DNA from: Eledone cirrhosa
Taxonomy: Eukaryota
Assembly: GCA_964016885.1 (NCBI GenBank)
Contig: OZ024762.1
Location: 13,640,001 to 13,704,000 of the forward strand
Reading direction: 5' to 3'
DNA: 64,000 bases
A program made the translations under genes and the position numbers. A model generated the notes under the pieces. That model was not told where the DNA came from, made no database searches, and saw only the letters and a list, made by a program, of their open reading frames with translations. The first letter of the stretch is position 1. Every line of letters begins with the position of its first letter. Below are positions 61,470 to 64,000 of the stretch, piece by piece.

Positions 61470-61655
61470 TGATTGTGGCATCACCTTTTCTCTTTGACGG
61501 GGAGGTAGTAGTACATTATAAGCTTACGCCCCCTCACCAGATGTTCATAAGTAGACTTAATAATCAACACTCGAGGGCGACCGACTGTGTTAGAAGCTGC
61601 AAATAGTCGGTCGTCCTCTTGTCTCTGATTTTCAGCCCCATGGATTTTATCTGTT
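61470..61655 (+). pseudogene. Possible decayed Tc1/mariner transposase catalytic fragment
   Basis: One frame reads FLFDGEVVVHY...RLNNQHSR...*...FSPMDF, echoing the FQQDGAPxH and SPDLSPxDF motifs. Confidence 0.35.
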
Positions 61656-61677
61656 ATATTCCTTTGTTATATTTCGA

Positions 61678-61735
61678 ATACCTGATGATATCACCGGATT
61701 CATACTGAACCCGGTCATTGAAATGATCATAGTAT
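61678..61735 (+). ncRNA. Type I hammerhead ribozyme
   Basis: ATAC-CTGATGA-TATCACCGGATTCA-TAC-TGAACCCGGTCATT-GAAA-TGATCA-TA-GTAT, then AATAAA; tail hairpin at 61792-61851. Confidence 0.85.
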
Positions 61736-61935
61736 AATAAACGGTTCAAGGATTTACACCAGTCCAGCCTCCTGTTATTTTATAATAATTAACTCCGTAC
61801 TCGCACCACCAACTACACAAACGAAGATGGATGAATTGCATTACGTTGAGTACTCTCCCTAATATTCCATCGGGGTTGATCATACGGAATGACCAGTTCT
61901 ATCCAGTGTTGAACCAACTAACCTAAATATATATA

Positions 61936-61972
<37 letters not shown>

Positions 61973-61977
<5 letters not shown>

Positions 61978-62186
61978 AACGAGTAGGACCCCAACGGCTG
62001 AGCTAAAGCCGTTTCGACGGCTAATTCTGGACTAAAAGATTTAGTCTTTGGTCCAGAATTAGCCGTTGAAACGGCTTGAGCTCAGCCGTCGGGATCCTAC
62101 TCGTTCCTATTACCCACTCTACTACTCTAAGTATTGAGTACTTTGGTGCGTTATGGTCCATCAGGTTCCTTACCACATTTCCTTCG
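61973..62186 (+). mobile_element. Family A fold-back element (variant)
   Basis: ATAGGAACGAGTAGGACCCC / GGGATCCTACTCGTTCCTAT arms; family tail. Confidence 0.9.
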
Positions 62187-62262
62187 ATATATATATATAT
62201 GTATATACATGTGTATATATATATTTATAAATAAATATATATGTATATATATATATTAATAT

Positions 62263-62357
62263 GTGTAGAAGTAAACACAGTAAACCCATGTCTAAAATTA
62301 CGAGTGTAATCTACCCTCGAAATTTTAGACATGGGTTTACTGTGTTTACTTCTACAC
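62263..62357. mobile_element. ~45-bp-arm fold-back
   Basis: GTGTAGAAGTAAACACAGTAAACCCATGTCTAAAATT / AATTTTAGACATGGGTTTACTGTGTTTACTTCTACAC. Confidence 0.8.
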
Positions 62358-62370
62358 CTTAATATTATAA

Positions 62371-62532
62371 TTGTTTCTACTATTGGCACAAGCCCAGCAA
62401 ATTACCCAGTGCATTACTGGTACTTTATTTTATCGACCCCGGAAGGATGAAAGGCAAAGTTAACCTCGGCGGGATTTGAACTCAGAATGGCAAGGGCCGT
62501 AACTCTATGCGTCAAAGCATGGCGTCCGACCC
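62371..62532 (-). mobile_element. SINE family 1 copy, well preserved
   Basis: ACTGGTACTTTATTTTATCGACCCCGGAAGGATGAAAGGCAAAGTTAACCTCGGCGGGATTTGAACTCAGAA. Confidence 0.85.
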
Positions 62533-62620
62533 TTGAGCTTATTAATTGCGGGGTATCTATATGAGTTAATAACTCTATATTTTATTTGTATGTATATATA
62601 TGTATATATATACATATATA

Positions 62621-62671
<51 letters not shown>

Positions 62672-62966
62672 GAATCTGATAAGAAAGGGAGAGAAAATAA
62701 ATAGTTTTTAGGGGTGAAGTAGATAAAAATGACAGGAATGTGATAGAGGGGCGTAAATGAAGACGGGGAAGAGTAGGGGAATACGGGGGAGGATGGGAAA
62801 AGCAAACAGAAGATGGAGATTAGGGGACAGAACGTAAGACTGTAAAGGGTGGGATGAGAAAAATGGGCGGATAACTCTGATTAGTATATTTCCTTTTCTC
62901 GTTTTTTTTTTTTATTTGATTAATTTCACATGCTACCCTAATTAACATTAATTTATGTATTAGAAG

Positions 62967-63010
<44 letters not shown>

Positions 63011-63204
63011 GTAGTAGTAGTAGTAGTAGTAGTACAACTACTACTAATTGTTGGCGGGGATGTGGGGGAGGGACCCATTATCATATAAACCTGTTGTTTC
63101 TTCGTATATCACTATCAAAGAATACACATACATACACACACATACATACATATACACATACATACACACACACAAATAGACATACACACATATAAACACC
63201 ACCA

Positions 63205-64000
63205 ATAAAATAACAACAACAACAGCTCCACCAATAACTACACCATCACCACAACCACCACCACCACCACCAACACCACCACAACACCAACGGTTCCAGA
63301 AACAATAACACCAACAACAACACCAACAAGACCACCTCCACCCCCACCACCATCACCAACAAGACACACGCCACTCCATCACCAACAGCAACAACAACAA
63401 CAGTACCAGCAACACTAACAACACCAACAAGGCCACCTCACCACCATCACAACACCACCAACAGTACCAGCATCACCAACAAGACCAACTCCACCCCATC
63501 ACAAACACCAACAACAGTACCAACAACAGCAACAACACTAACAACACCACCAACAGTACCACCATCACCAACAACACCAACTCCACCCCATCACAACACC
63601 AACAACAGTACCAACAACACCAACAACACTAACAACACCACCAACAGTACCACCATCACCAACAACACCAACTCCACCCCATCACAACACCAACAACAGT
63701 ACCAACAACACCAACAACACTAACAACACCACCAACAGTACCAACAACACTGACAAGACCAACTCCACCCCATCACAACACCAACAACACTAACAACAGT
63801 ACCAACAACACCAACAACACTAACAACAGTACTAACATCACCAACAAGACCAACTCCACCCCATCACCAACACCAACAACAGTACCAACAACACCAACAA
63901 CAGTACCAACAACACCAACAACAGTACCAACAACACCAACAACACTAACAACAGTACTAACATCACCAACAAGACCAACTCCACCCCATCACCAACACCA
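63205..64000. repeat. (CAA)/(CAC)-based minisatellite
   Basis: Recurrent CCAACTCCACCCCATCACAACACCAACAACAGTACCAACAAC units. Confidence 0.85.

Noticed and set aside
63205-64000. Mucin-like Thr/Pro/Asn repeat
   Set aside because: Units shift frame and contain TAA; best read as a minisatellite.

Overview
Eukaryotic, gene-poor DNA dominated by (TA)n, (CA)n, (GA)n and trinucleotide microsatellites. The repeat content (tRNA-head and CORE-type SINEs, RTE LINE debris, extreme TA arrays) suggests a cephalopod, probably Octopus; this is inference. No host exon could be supported, and nearly all long ORFs are microsatellite artefacts. The unique islands between the arrays are not random. Many are short (100-600 bp) non-coding elements with a recurring architecture: a 5' inverted (fold-back) arm, a minimal type I hammerhead ribozyme (HHR) with a palindromic loop III, often AATAAA, a covarying RCTC-stem-loop-stem-TW-GAGY bulged hairpin, and a (TA)n junction. 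About a dozen complete or near-complete hammerheads and about 15 copies of the bulged hairpin were read by eye across several sequence-unrelated families. One copy lies downstream of a decayed GIY-YIG-like frame, which links the system to Penelope-like retroelements (PLEs). All alignments and folds were done by eye, and coordinates are approximate to a few bases.
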